Shown: piece by piece, positions 1 to 10,216 of the stretch
How the letters are laid out: every line of letters begins with the position of its first letter
How positions within the stretch are numbered: position 1 is the stretch's first letter
Origin: Actinomycetota bacterium
GTDB taxonomy: Bacteria; Actinomycetota; Thermoleophilia; RBG-16-64-13
Direction: 5' to 3'
DNA: 64,000 nt
NCBI GenBank assembly: GCA_018830645.1
Contig: JAHJSA010000067.1
Span: 10,919 to 74,918, forward strand
Translations under genes and position numbers: made by a program
The notes under the pieces: model-generated
Databases searched by the model: none
What the model saw: only the letters and a program-made list of their open reading frames with translations
Told to the model about the DNA's origin: nothing

Positions 1-32
1 AAGTGCTTGCTTGGTTCCCAGAACTGCGGCTG

Positions 33-1805
33 TCATCGGCTGTTTCTAAATGCCTCCATCCGTTGGATAAGATCGCGAAGGTCTTCCGGGACGTTTGCTG
101 CGGTGTGAGCGTCGACTAGTGCCCTTTCCGAGAGGTTCACACTGTACAGTTCGCGGACCGTGGACCTGAGCGCAGCGAGCACGGTCTTGCCCGGCACGAC
201 GGTCATACGCTGATCGATGTCTCCCCAAAGACGCTCAATACGATCGGCCACCTGTTGATAGACCGTGGCTTGATCGACTCCAGAAGATCGTAGGAACTCG
301 GCTCTCCTCGCGGCGTACTGGGAAGTGACACTCGTGCGCAGGTTGTCTGAGACAGCATCCAGCAATTCTTCTGCCGGTCGCAACTCTGGCATTGCATGTC
401 CGTCCCGTCTGCATCGGTCGCGTACGACTCGTTCAAGCGCCCGTTGAACGACAAATGGTGAGAGCAAATAGTTCTCGATTTCTTTTCTTGCGTGGACGTG
501 AACGAGCGGAATATGCTGGCTCAGGCTCTGGACCATGGCTTCTATTTGCTCGTCGGGAAAGAAGTCTCTGTCGTAGACAACGGCAATCCGCAGAGGGCTT
601 CCCAGCGTGCGCTCGATTCCCCAGCCGACTGAGCCTATGCGCTCCCATGAACCAAAGCCCTCCGAGCGTAGCGGCGTGAGCCCGCTGCCGGTCGCAAGTT
701 CGGGAAATCCCAGCACTTTGGCAAACCGTCGGATAATCGCGAAGTCCGTGTCGTTTTCAACAAAGACCACCCGTCGATCTCTGGCGAGGCGGGTGAGCGC
801 GATGTTGTGCGCGGATCCGACAACATCAAGTGCCTGTTGAACTCCTGCCGCGTCGGCAAGCCGCTTTGCCGAGTGTGCTGCCTTGTCGATGAGCAGGATC
901 TCGGACGGGTCAGCCTCGGCTATTACTTCGGCTGAGTGTGTGGCCAGCAAGACATCTGGCCACGCCTCGCCAAGCACGTCCAAGAGCTGGCGCTGCACAT
1001 CCGGGTGTAGGTAGATCTCGGGTTCGTCGACGACGATCAGGGTGTCGTTCTTTGATCGCGCGATGTGAGTAAGCAGCTGGCACCAGATCTGGAACCCAAA
1101 GCCTGACCAGAAGAGCTCCCGAGATATCCTGTTCTCGAGGCAGAACATTGAGATCTTTCGGGCGAGGTAGTCTGGCCTTTCGGGCGGCAGGATGTCCATG
1201 TCGGGCCACGTCTTGCGCACCAAGTCCGCAAATTCATCAAAACCCTCGCCGAAGTAGTGCCAGTAGGATCTGAAGTGCCTGGACGCACGGTGGGTCGACA
1301 GTTCACGGCGGACGGTCTCCTCCTGAACGAGGTCCTCATCGTGCTCAACAGGTCCGAGGACAGGCACGACGGCAACAGAGACCGGGAAAGCGGCGCGGAA
1401 TTGCGACGGAGTACGAGGAACGTGGCCAGGAGTCTCCGGGAGCAGGAATACGCCTCTGTCACGCGGGAACAGCAGCCTGAGGGCGTTGCCGTTGGAAAGG
1501 TGGAACAGGACGTACGTATCTTCCTCTGAGTAGTCTGTGTGGACGTTCTCGAGGGAAATTGGGATGGCGTCTTCCGCCAGAATATGGCCGCGCCTCGCGC
1601 CTCCGCCCACAGTGACCAGGTCCGCACTGCGACTTGCTGCGCGGCGAAGCCCGACCGCCAGCGCTCGGAATGCTCCAATGACGGTGGACTTGCCGCAGTT
1701 GTTGGGCCCGACCATCACGTTCATCGCAGCCAGGCGCACCGAGAATGTCTGAAAAGCCTTGAAGTTCCGAAACTCAACCGACGTGAATCTCGTGGCTTCA
1801 GTCAC
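33..1805 (-). CDS. ABC/AAA-type ATPase fused to a C-terminal Toprim/DUF4435-like domain (OLD-family / PARIS AriA-AriB-like)
   Basis: 590-aa ORF with GTG start. Walker A GPNNCGKST, Walker B IVVDEPEIYLHP, THSAEV. The C-terminal third (VVFVENDTDF ... VVYDRDF ... KEIENYLL) resembles the acidic Toprim/DUF4435 motifs of OLD-family nucleases. Confidence 0.75.
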   Translation of the reverse strand: MTEATRFTSVEFRNFKAFQTFSVRLAAMNVMVGPNNCGKSTVIGAFRALAVGLRRAASRSADLVTVGGGARRGHILAEDAIPISLENVHTDYSEEDTYVLFHLSNGNALRLLFPRDRGVFLLPETPGHVPRTPSQFRAAFPVSVAVVPVLGPVEHDEDLVQEETVRRELSTHRASRHFRSYWHYFGEGFDEFADLVRKTWPDMDILPPERPDYLARKISMFCLENRISRELFWSGFGFQIWCQLLTHIARSKNDTLIVVDEPEIYLHPDVQRQLLDVLGEAWPDVLLATHSAEVIAEADPSEILLIDKAAHSAKRLADAAGVQQALDVVGSAHNIALTRLARDRRVVFVENDTDFAIIRRFAKVLGFPELATGSGLTPLRSEGFGSWERIGSVGWGIERTLGSPLRIAVVYDRDFFPDEQIEAMVQSLSQHIPLVHVHARKEIENYLLSPFVVQRALERVVRDRCRRDGHAMPELRPAEELLDAVSDNLRTSVTSQYAARRAEFLRSSGVDQATVYQQVADRIERLWGDIDQRMTVVPGKTVLAALRSTVRELYSVNLSERALVDAHTAANVPEDLRDLIQRMEAFRNSR

Positions 1806-1889
1806 CTGATCCGCCTCTCACTGTGCACTACCTGGGGGGTCGGTGCGATTGCCACCGGATGCGCTCTTGATACAATCACTTGACGTCCA

Positions 1890-4800
1890 TCATAGAGCGG
1901 TCTGGGTTGTCGAGAGTACTCGCGCAAGGCCTGTCAGTCGAGCCCCAGCGGCTAATTCGCGATCTACTCTCCAGAACCCCTTGGGCTCAAGACGCCGAGT
2001 GAACTCGTTTCGGCCCAGGTCGCCGACGACGTGATCGCAGTCCCTGAGGATCCACTCAAAGTCCTCGGTAGTCAGCGCGTAGCACTTGGCCACCTGCGCG
2101 TCGATGACTGCGCGCAACGCTCGCCGCTGCGCTACATCGACAACCCACAGGCCGTCTCCGGCCTGAGCAGAGTCGGCCGCCTCGTTCTCCTCGGCTCGCA
2201 TTCCCTCCCAGCACTCGCCGAAGCACGGATGCGCCATACACAACCTTGCTGCCGTAGTCCGAAGCAGCTGGGTCTCCGGGCTCGGCCGCGGCAGCGGAGT
2301 CTCCTCGATGACGAAGTAGTTGAGATGCAGTCCCCCGCAGCGCATCCGCGCCACGAAGTCGTAGACAAACGAGTTGAGAACGGCGACCAGCTCCAATGGC
2401 GAACGAGTGGTGGACAACACCGGCGCGGAGTTCCCGCACGGCACATCATTCAGCACCGCGGCGATCATGGTCCGCTCGTTGGTCGCCGACGTGATGTCCA
2501 TGAAGGCGACCTTCAACCCGCGGGCCATCTTCGGGTCGCCGTCGCGGTCCCGGGCGGCATTCTGGAGATAGTCCTTCTCCCCCATCAAATACTGCGGCTC
2601 AATCCGCTTATCCGACCAGGGAATATCCCGCCACACGGCACTACGCCCTTTGCCGCTCACCCAGCCCTTCTGCGAGAAGTCGAACTGCCCGATCATGCGC
2701 CCTTCGTACAGCGGCAGCGCCACGTCTTCGATGTCGTCGGCATGAATCCAGGCGACCACGGCGCCCCCACCGTAGCCGGCGGAAAGCGCTTCACCGACGG
2801 CATCCCGAGAAAGCGCGTCACCGATCCCACCCCCAGTGTCCGCGCCTCCCCCGGCTCCCGCGTGGCGCAACCCCGCCGCCGCGTCCACCGACAGCACCAC
2901 CCCCGGCTCCATCTCCCAACGCTCGCCCGGCGGGCGGCCCGGGCGCCAGCCACCCTTCAGCCAGCGGCCGTACTCGTCGGGGCGGTAGCCCTTGGCCTCC
3001 CACACCGGGCGTGGCGGGAAGAGCTTGGAGTCGTTGGTCATGTCGAACTCGCGCGCATACTTGATGCCCCAACCGTCGGGGCCGTCGTCGCCCAGGAGCA
3101 CCGAGTTGGCGTAGATCTTCTCCAGGATCTCCAGGTCGCGCTTCTCGCTCAACTCCAAGATCGCCCTCGTGCGGGGGCTGAAGCGCTCCACCTGCTCCCG
3201 GGCGTAGGGGATGGCGTGGGCCTCGGCGTTCTCCCAGTCGGCCAGGGAGCGGCGCATGAAGGCGGTGCGGATGGCCTCTGTGCGGCCGCCCTTCTCCACG
3301 ATGAGGGGCGCGAACTTGAAGCGGCTGTCGATGTCGAAGACCTTCTCGCGGTTCTCGAAGCCGAAGAGCCAGCGCCAACGGCAGTGCTCGAGAAAGAGGG
3401 TGCGCAGGTCGGTGGAGCCTTTGTCGGTGTAGACGCCCGAGGGGACGATCATGCCCAGCTGCCCGCCGCGCTCGAGGAGGGCGTGGGCCTGTTCCAGGAA
3501 CATCTTGTAGGTGTTGATGTCGGCGGAGCCTTGGTGTCGGAAGGGGTGCGCGGCGTCGGCGTAGCCCGTGCGGCCGCCGCGGCGGATGCGCCAGCTCTCG
3601 TGCTGGTCGGCGCTGCGTGTGCCCAGGTTGAACTTCCCGCCGCCATCCCGCCCGCCGCCGAAGGGCCGGCCGGCATGCTTGTTCCAGTTGGAGAGCGCCC
3701 GGAAGCGCGCGTTGTAGCGGAGCCACTCCTGCTCGACCGCGGCGTCGGCGGCGAAGTAGGCCTGCTGTTCCCGGAGAGCCTCCTGCTTGCCGTAGGTGCG
3801 GTAGAGGGGATCGACGTTGCTGAAGAACTCCTTGGAGCTCGGCTTTTGGATCTCCCACGGCGGGTTGCCCACCACTGCGTCGAAGCCGGCGCCGGGACGG
3901 TCGAAGACGTCGGGAAACTCGAGCTCCCAGTGGAAGAAGCGGTGCTCCTCGGCCAGGCGCTCGGCCAGGGCGGCGGTGTCGGGCGAGGGGTCGCGGAAGC
4001 TGAGGGGCGTGGGAGCCGTATCCAGCCGGTCGGCCGGCCAGAACCACGTGGCGCACCAGAGGTCGAAGGCCGCCTTCAGCCGTCGGTAGGCGTCGTTCTC
4101 GGCGATCTCCCGGCGGTAGAGTTCGGCCCGCTCCTCCACATCCTGCACGGGAAGCTCGTGGAGGTGGCGCAGGTCGGCGACCGCGTCGTCGTGCAGGGTT
4201 TCGGCGCTTGATCCCTCGGCGAAGAGAGACTGCTGGCCGGTCACCTCCTCGGTGATCCAGCGGTGCAGCTCGGGCTTGATGCGGTTGGTGCGGAAGTCCT
4301 TGATAGCTTTGGTCCAGGCGCCCTTGGCCGGGTGGTGGACGCCCGTGGTGTGGCCGTCGTCGACGCCGTCGCGCTCCCAGGCCAGGGCCGGATAGTCGCG
4401 GAAGTGGTCGAACCAGCAGCCCACCAGGGAGTTCCCCAGCTTGAGCTTGTGATCGATGAAGCCGAAGGGCAGGGTGCGGTCCATGGTCTCCACCCACAAG
4501 GAGAGCCGGGCGAGCTCCACCGCCAGGGGATCGATGTCGACCCCATAGAGGCAGCGTTCCACCACGTAGCGCTTGAGGCGGGCGTGCAGCAGGGCGTCGA
4601 AGTTCTCGGCGTCGGGCGGCGCGGGCAGGGTGTCGGTGGCCAGGGAGCCGTCGCCCGCCTCGCCCGTGGCCAGTGTGACCAATGTGGCGTCGCCGTGGGC
4701 CTCGATGCGGCCGTAGTGGTGCAGGCTCTCCACCAGGGCGTCGGTGAGGAAGCGGAGCGAGGCCACCAAGAACGAGGCCGAGGCCCATGCCCAGGTCGCA

Positions 4801-6768
4801 GACCGTGAGGGCGAGGATGGCCTCCGGGGGCTTGGGCGTCCAGGCGGCGGGGGCAGCGTCCTCGAGGGCGGTGCCGTCGGGCGCGCGCGGCGGGTCGTAG
4901 GCCAGCGGGCGCAGGGTGCGGTGCACGGTGGGCACGGCCAGCTGAGGCCGGGTGTAGAAGGTGCCCGCCCCCTTGCGGGTGCCGCCCCAGCGCACGAGGA
5001 ACCACTCGCCGGGCAGGATTAGGCGGGCGATGAGGCCCCGGGCCGCGGCGTCGAGGGCGACCTCGTGGGCGGCGGTCGCGGCGGCGGCGCTGGCTCCTGT
5101 GGCGGCCTTCCTGCCCTTCTTGGCGGCGACCAACTTGCCGGCCACGGCGGCCCGGCGCGCCCAGGCGTGGGCGCGGGTGTGGGCTTCGTGGTAGAGGTCG
5201 TCCAGGGGTTCGTCGTCGGGCGGCTCGTCCGCGGCGACGGGGTCGGGCTCGAGCTCGGTGGCCGATTCCTCGGTTTCTTCCCCCTGGGCGGCGTCGGCCT
5301 CTTCCTCCGCGGCTTCCTCCTCCTCGACCGCCGGAGCGGAGCCGCTCTTCTGCTTGAACGCCTCCATCAGCCTACCCAGGCTCTTGTCGTCCATGGCCTC
5401 GAGACGCGACAGCGGCAGCGCGGGTTGATCGCCCAGGTTGAGGAAGAGCATGGGGTCGCCGGCCGCGGCGCGGCGCAGCTCGAAGTCGAGCAGGCCCTCA
5501 TACAGGATGCCGATGTACTCCGAGGAGAGGTCGGAGAAGTCGACCGGCGTCTCCACGTAGGTGGCGCCCCGGCCCTGGCGTACGCGCACGCGGCTGCGGG
5601 TGAGCAGGTCGAGGATGCGGCGGACGGTGGCGTCGCTTGGACCGTGCTCGGGGGATTCGAAGGCGACGAGGGCCCGAAGCACCGCATCCTTGGCTTGGGA
5701 GTTCCCCGGACGAAAGAGCCCACCGCCGTAGCGGGTCACGGCCAGCTGAGGATGGGCCGAACCGTCGTGTATCAGGCGGAACAGGGCCAGGATGCGCGGC
5801 CAGGCGGAGGAGTGGTGGCGCAGGCGTTCCTCGGAGGCGCCGCCGCCGGCCCGTTCGAGGGATTCGCGCAGACCCTGTAGGCCGTAGGAGCCGTGGTAGA
5901 GGGGGTTGTCCCGGGGGAGAAGGTCGCGGGCTTCGGCGAACAGCACCACCACCAGGCGCATGACCACCCGGGTGGCGGCGATGTAGATCTCGGCGGGGGT
6001 CACCGTCTCGTCGAGGGAGTCGAGGGCTCCGCGATGCTCCTGGATCAGCAGCTCCACGGCCCGGCGGACGCGCTCCCCGAGAGCGGCCGAAAGCTCCGCC
6101 TGACCCTGGCGGGTGGCCTGGATGGCGGCCAGAAGGGGCGGCTGGGGGCCATCCGAGAGCGGGGTGAGCGCCGGAGGCCCCAGCAGGAGGCGGAGGGCGG
6201 TCACCTGCGGCCCGGGCACGCCTTCTTCAAACCAGAGGTCGGTGTCCCACTCGGCAAAGGCGTCGGTGTCGAGGCCGGCGTGCACCAAGCGCCACTGGCG
6301 CCCGTTGGTGAGCAAGGCCAGGTGCCAATCGCGCTTTCGCAGCCACTCGATGACGCGTGTGTGACTCCGCCGTCCACGGCCCAGCCCGATGCGGCTCACG
6401 TCGGCATCGACGAAGACGGGCAGCACGAACCCCTCGGGGCCGCGCCACACCCGGCGGGGTTTGACCGTCTCCCCGGAGAGGGCCCGCTCCGACCACTCGG
6501 GGCCGACCTCCGCGCCCTTGACCCAGCGACCGGCGCCGTTGCCGCCCAGCCCGAGCACTTCCTCCAGAACGGTGTCGAGCAGCACCGCCAGCGCATCGCC
6601 GTTAGCCTCGGCGGCACGGATGACGTCGCGGCGCAGCTTGTCGGCCACGTACGGGGCAAGGGGCATGACGCTCTCGGGAAAGAACTGAGCCAGCCGGGAG
6701 GGAGCAATCAGCAGACCGCCGTGGTTCAGGGCGGCCCACCAGGCGTACTCGGCCGCCGCCGGGCTCAC
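1890..6768 (-). pseudogene. Giant (~1,620-codon) gamma-class N6-adenine DNA methyltransferase (type IIG / DrmMI / PglX-like), split by one frameshift in motif I
   Basis: ORF 2818-6768 is protein-like only to ...TVCDLGMG, then turns into Arg/Pro junk. ORF 1890-4769 in another frame continues SASFLVASLRFLTDAL and carries YGVDIDPLAVELARLSLW and motif IV VVGNPPWE. Joined, the two give one protein with GTG start at 6768. Confidence 0.8.
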
Positions 6769-6812
6769 GCCGCGCCCCTGTCGATGGACGCCGCCGGACT
6801 CACGCCGCGCCC
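6755..6812. repeat. 35-bp-period tandem duplication of the helicase-stop / methylase-start junction
   Basis: gccgccgggctcacgccgcgccc (6755-6777) and gccgccggactcacgccgcgccc (6790-6812) match at 22 of 23 positions. One copy carries the methylase GTG start, the other the helicase TGA stop. Confidence 0.8.
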
Positions 6813-9800
6813 TCCGGCAGCCAGACTTCTACCGCGATGGGGAACACCTGGGCTTCCCCCCGGAGCGCGTAGCGCTTGGGCAGGATGTGCGTGAGCACCC
6901 GGTCGCGCTCCGTGCGGAGCTGGTGCTGCAGCTCATCCAAGTGCCGGCGACGGCGATCGATCTCCTCCTGCTTCTCCTTGGCCGAACGCTCCAGATCGGC
7001 CAGCCGCTCTTCGTTGTCGAACAGCGTGCCCCGTAACTGGTCCTGGCGCAGCTGCGCGATCTCGCGTTCCAGCCGGGCGAAGGTCTGCTCCTGGATGAGC
7101 CGCGACACCTCTCCCTGACGGCTGCGGTAGCGTTCCTCCTCGCGCCCGCGCTCGGTCTCGTATTCGGCGGCGACGGCGGCCTGCAGCTCTTCGGTGAGGC
7201 GGGCGGCCTCTTCCTTCAAGAATGCTGCTACTTCAGGCTCTATGTCGATCCAGAGGTCGCGGGCCACGGCCACGCCGTCGAGGGCAACCTCTCCCGGCAT
7301 CTGCAGATCGTGGGCCGGTAGGTGGGGCAGGCGGGGGCCGAGGCTTCCGCCGGAGATCGGCAGTGTCACGGTGCGCACCCAGTGGTGGAAGGTCTCTCGC
7401 AGTTCGTTGACCGCCAGCTCTTCGAGCGTGAGGAGTAGAAGGGCGTCGGTTCCGTCGGGCACCCAACCGCGGCGCACGGTCCAGCGGCTTGCCTCGTGCT
7501 GGCTTCCGGGGAAGCGCACCCGAGCGAAGGTGGCCAGCGCCCGCCGGAAGAGTGGGTGCCCCACGTGCAGCAGCACCGTATCCCGGCGGGGGCGGAAGAC
7601 AGGCCTCCCGCCCACGTCGTCGACGAAGCCCTGCGGATCGAACAGGAGCTTCCGTAGAGCCCCCTTGGCCCCGGCGCCGTTGCCATCGCCGCCCAGGCGG
7701 AGTGTGTCGTCGATGAGATCCGCCCACTGCTGTGGGAACGGCGGCGAGAGCCGGTAGCGGCCGTCGGCGTCGGGGCCGTCGAGGCGGCCGGTGACGCCTC
7801 CACCACCCATGCCGAGGGCGACTTCGAGGGTGGCCTTGAGGCAGCTTGGTTCGAGATCCAGTTCCGCGGCCAGCGCCTGCATCTTGGCGGCCTCTTCGCT
7901 TCCCAGGTCGATGCGGGTGTCACCTTCGACGGTGGCGCGACCTTCGACCTGATCGAGAGCCGTCTCGAGCTCTTCGCGCACCTGATTCTCGTCCTCGTCC
8001 TCGACGAACCGGCGCTGGAACGCGGCGTCGAACACCTCGCCCGCCGACCCGAGGTCCTCGCGGATGTCGTTCACCTTGCCCAGCACGTAGCCCAGGAAGC
8101 GGAGGTCGACGTCGTCCTTCGTGGTGAAATGGTAGACGAATACGTCCCGGGCCTGTCCGTGGCGGTCGAGGCGGCCGTTCCGCTGCTCGAGGCGGGCGGG
8201 GTTCCAGGGGATGTCCCAGTGGAGCAGGTAGCGGGCGGTCTCCTGAAGGTTCAGACCTTCGGAGGCGGCGTCGGTGGCCACCAGGATGCGCACCGGGTCG
8301 GCGGGATCGTTGAAGGCGGCTTTGATCTCCTCGCGCACCGGGTCGGTCATGCCGCCGAAGAGCACGCGGATGCGGTTGGCGGCGGCGGCGGCGGTGGGCG
8401 CGGCGGTTCCGGCGCCGGCAGGCGGCGCCCCGGCGGAGGGCGGCCCGGCGGGCGACGCGGCTGTCGCGGCGCCCCTGGCGGCCGTGGCAGCGCCCAGGTA
8501 GCGCTCCCGCAGGCGGCGCTCCAGGTAGTCGAGCGTGGTCTTGTACTCGGTGAAGATGACGAGCCGCTCGTCGTCTCGCCACTCGCCGGCAGCGGTGCGC
8601 AGATGCTCGTCGATCCAGCGGACGAGGGCATCGAAACGCGAGTCGGCTGCGGGCATCCACCCGGCGGGCTGTGGGGTGGATGCAACCTGGTCACGGTTCG
8701 GGCGCAGGCCGAGCCGCTCGAGGGCGCGGTCCAGATCGGCGATCTCGTCGTCGATGTCCGCTGCCAACGGGATGAGCCACGCTCCCACCATGCGGGCGGC
8801 GTGGGCGGTGCGGCCCTCGTTCTCACGGTCGTCGCCCGTCTCTTCGCGGTAGGCCTTCTCCGCGGCTCGGATCTCGGCGTCCGACGCCCGCTCTTCCTGC
8901 TGCAGGCCTTCCATGTATCGGTCCCACGACTCGGCGAACGCCACCGGGCACGAGAGCAGACGCTTGCCCAACACCTCTACCGCAAACGCCCCGGCCAGCC
9001 GCTCGCTCTTGCTGCGGGCGGAGACCAGCGAGCGCACCCTCTTCCGGAACTCCTGGAACGCGGCCGAGAGCATCTGCTCCTTCGGGTCGAGGTCGAGGGG
9101 GATCGCTTTGACCGTCCGCTCGCCGAAGCGGGGAGGGCTGGTGTGGGCGTTCACCTCTCGCTTGAGCCGTCGCACGAGAACGTCCTGCACTCGGGCACGC
9201 TCGTTCGGCGTGAGCTCACCGGTCTGGGTAAAGCGCACCGGGTCGAGGCTCTGGAGCAGGCCGGTGAAGCTGCGCGTGTGGCCGTTGTGGGGCGTGGCCG
9301 TGAGGAAGAGCTTGTGCTCGAAATACGGTGCGAGGTTGCGGAGCATGGCGGCCAGATCGCTGTCTTCGCCGTAGGCGGCCGGTGAGAGGTTGTGGGCTTC
9401 GTCGACGATGAGCAGATCCCAGGGCAGGTGGGGCGAGTCGTCCTGCATGCGCGAAGCCGCTCGGAACGACTCGAAGACGTCGGCCTGCTTGAGGTAGTGA
9501 TACGAGGTGATCACGCGCCCGTAGGTGCGCCAGGGATTGGCGTCGAGGCCGAGCTGCCGCTGCAGGGCGTGGGTCTCGGCCCGGTCGACCACGTCGAAGG
9601 GCAGGGAGAACTTCTCCTGCATCTCGCTTTTCCACTGCAGTCGCAGCGACGCCGGGCAGATGATGAGCACCCGCCGGATGCGTCGCCGGATGAGCAACTC
9701 GGTCAGGATGAGCCCAGCCTCGATGGTCTTGCCCAGGCCCACGTCGTCGGCCAGGAGCAGCGAGACGCGCGGCATGCGCAGGGCTTTCAGCAGCGGCACG

Positions 9801-10216
9801 AGCTGGAAGTCTTCCACTTGGATGGCGGCGTGGAAGGGGGCCGAGAACGGGAGGCGGTCGAGGGGACCGGCTTCGCCGTCGGGATCGATGAAAGGCGTCA
9901 CGGCCGACCAGCGCGTGGCGCGCACGAGGGCGTCGAACTCGTGGGGCACCATGGGCCCGGCCCCGAGCACGTCCGGGGGGCTCGTGGGTTCGAGCAGGCG
10001 GGCGCCGGGCTCCCGCTCCCACACCAGGTGATCCTCGAGGGCCTGGCCGTCGGCGTCCAGATACTCGACGGTGGTGAGGTGGAGCCGGCCCTCCGGGCCG
10101 GCGTCGAAGGGCTCGACAGCGGCCACCATCCCGCGGCGGTTGCGCACGGTGGCCAGCATGCCGACTCGGGGGATGGGTGGTGCGGTGGTCGGGCCGGGTG
10201 GGCGGTCGGGACTCAT
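6800..10216 (-). CDS. SNF2-family helicase (DrmD-like) with a long C-terminal extension
   Basis: 1138 aa. Motifs DDVGLGKTIEAG, LIVDEAHNL, LTATPHNG, VATDAASEGLNLQ, WNPARLEQRNGRLDRHGQ. Contains an Ala/Pro-rich insert and ends in a charged coiled-coil-like tail. Confidence 0.85.
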   Translation of the reverse strand: MSPDRPPGPTTAPPIPRVGMLATVRNRRGMVAAVEPFDAGPEGRLHLTTVEYLDADGQALEDHLVWEREPGARLLEPTSPPDVLGAGPMVPHEFDALVRATRWSAVTPFIDPDGEAGPLDRLPFSAPFHAAIQVEDFQLVPLLKALRMPRVSLLLADDVGLGKTIEAGLILTELLIRRRIRRVLIICPASLRLQWKSEMQEKFSLPFDVVDRAETHALQRQLGLDANPWRTYGRVITSYHYLKQADVFESFRAASRMQDDSPHLPWDLLIVDEAHNLSPAAYGEDSDLAAMLRNLAPYFEHKLFLTATPHNGHTRSFTGLLQSLDPVRFTQTGELTPNERARVQDVLVRRLKREVNAHTSPPRFGERTVKAIPLDLDPKEQMLSAAFQEFRKRVRSLVSARSKSERLAGAFAVEVLGKRLLSCPVAFAESWDRYMEGLQQEERASDAEIRAAEKAYREETGDDRENEGRTAHAARMVGAWLIPLAADIDDEIADLDRALERLGLRPNRDQVASTPQPAGWMPAADSRFDALVRWIDEHLRTAAGEWRDDERLVIFTEYKTTLDYLERRLRERYLGAATAARGAATAASPAGPPSAGAPPAGAGTAAPTAAAAANRIRVLFGGMTDPVREEIKAAFNDPADPVRILVATDAASEGLNLQETARYLLHWDIPWNPARLEQRNGRLDRHGQARDVFVYHFTTKDDVDLRFLGYVLGKVNDIREDLGSAGEVFDAAFQRRFVEDEDENQVREELETALDQVEGRATVEGDTRIDLGSEEAAKMQALAAELDLEPSCLKATLEVALGMGGGGVTGRLDGPDADGRYRLSPPFPQQWADLIDDTLRLGGDGNGAGAKGALRKLLFDPQGFVDDVGGRPVFRPRRDTVLLHVGHPLFRRALATFARVRFPGSQHEASRWTVRRGWVPDGTDALLLLTLEELAVNELRETFHHWVRTVTLPISGGSLGPRLPHLPAHDLQMPGEVALDGVAVARDLWIDIEPEVAAFLKEEAARLTEELQAAVAAEYETERGREEERYRSRQGEVSRLIQEQTFARLEREIAQLRQDQLRGTLFDNEERLADLERSAKEKQEEIDRRRRHLDELQHQLRTERDRVLTHILPKRYALRGEAQVFPIAVEVWLPEGAA

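Noticed and set aside
2031-4211. Long plus-strand ORF (726 aa) antisense to the methyltransferase. Similar long antisense ORFs occur at 8129-9385, 15787-16992, 17086-18570, 26182-27765, 27784-28950, 34736-37096, 38402-39946, 42062-44311 and 48427-50487.
   Set aside because: Their translations are low-complexity (Arg/Gly/Ala/Val/His-rich) with no motifs. Each lies opposite a gene with clear family signatures. These are typical shadow ORFs of high-G+C DNA.
2818-4780. The C-terminal ~650 residues of the 1316-aa ORF (Arg/Pro-rich).
   Set aside because: This is an out-of-frame read-through after the motif I frameshift. The real continuation is the 1890-4769 frame.
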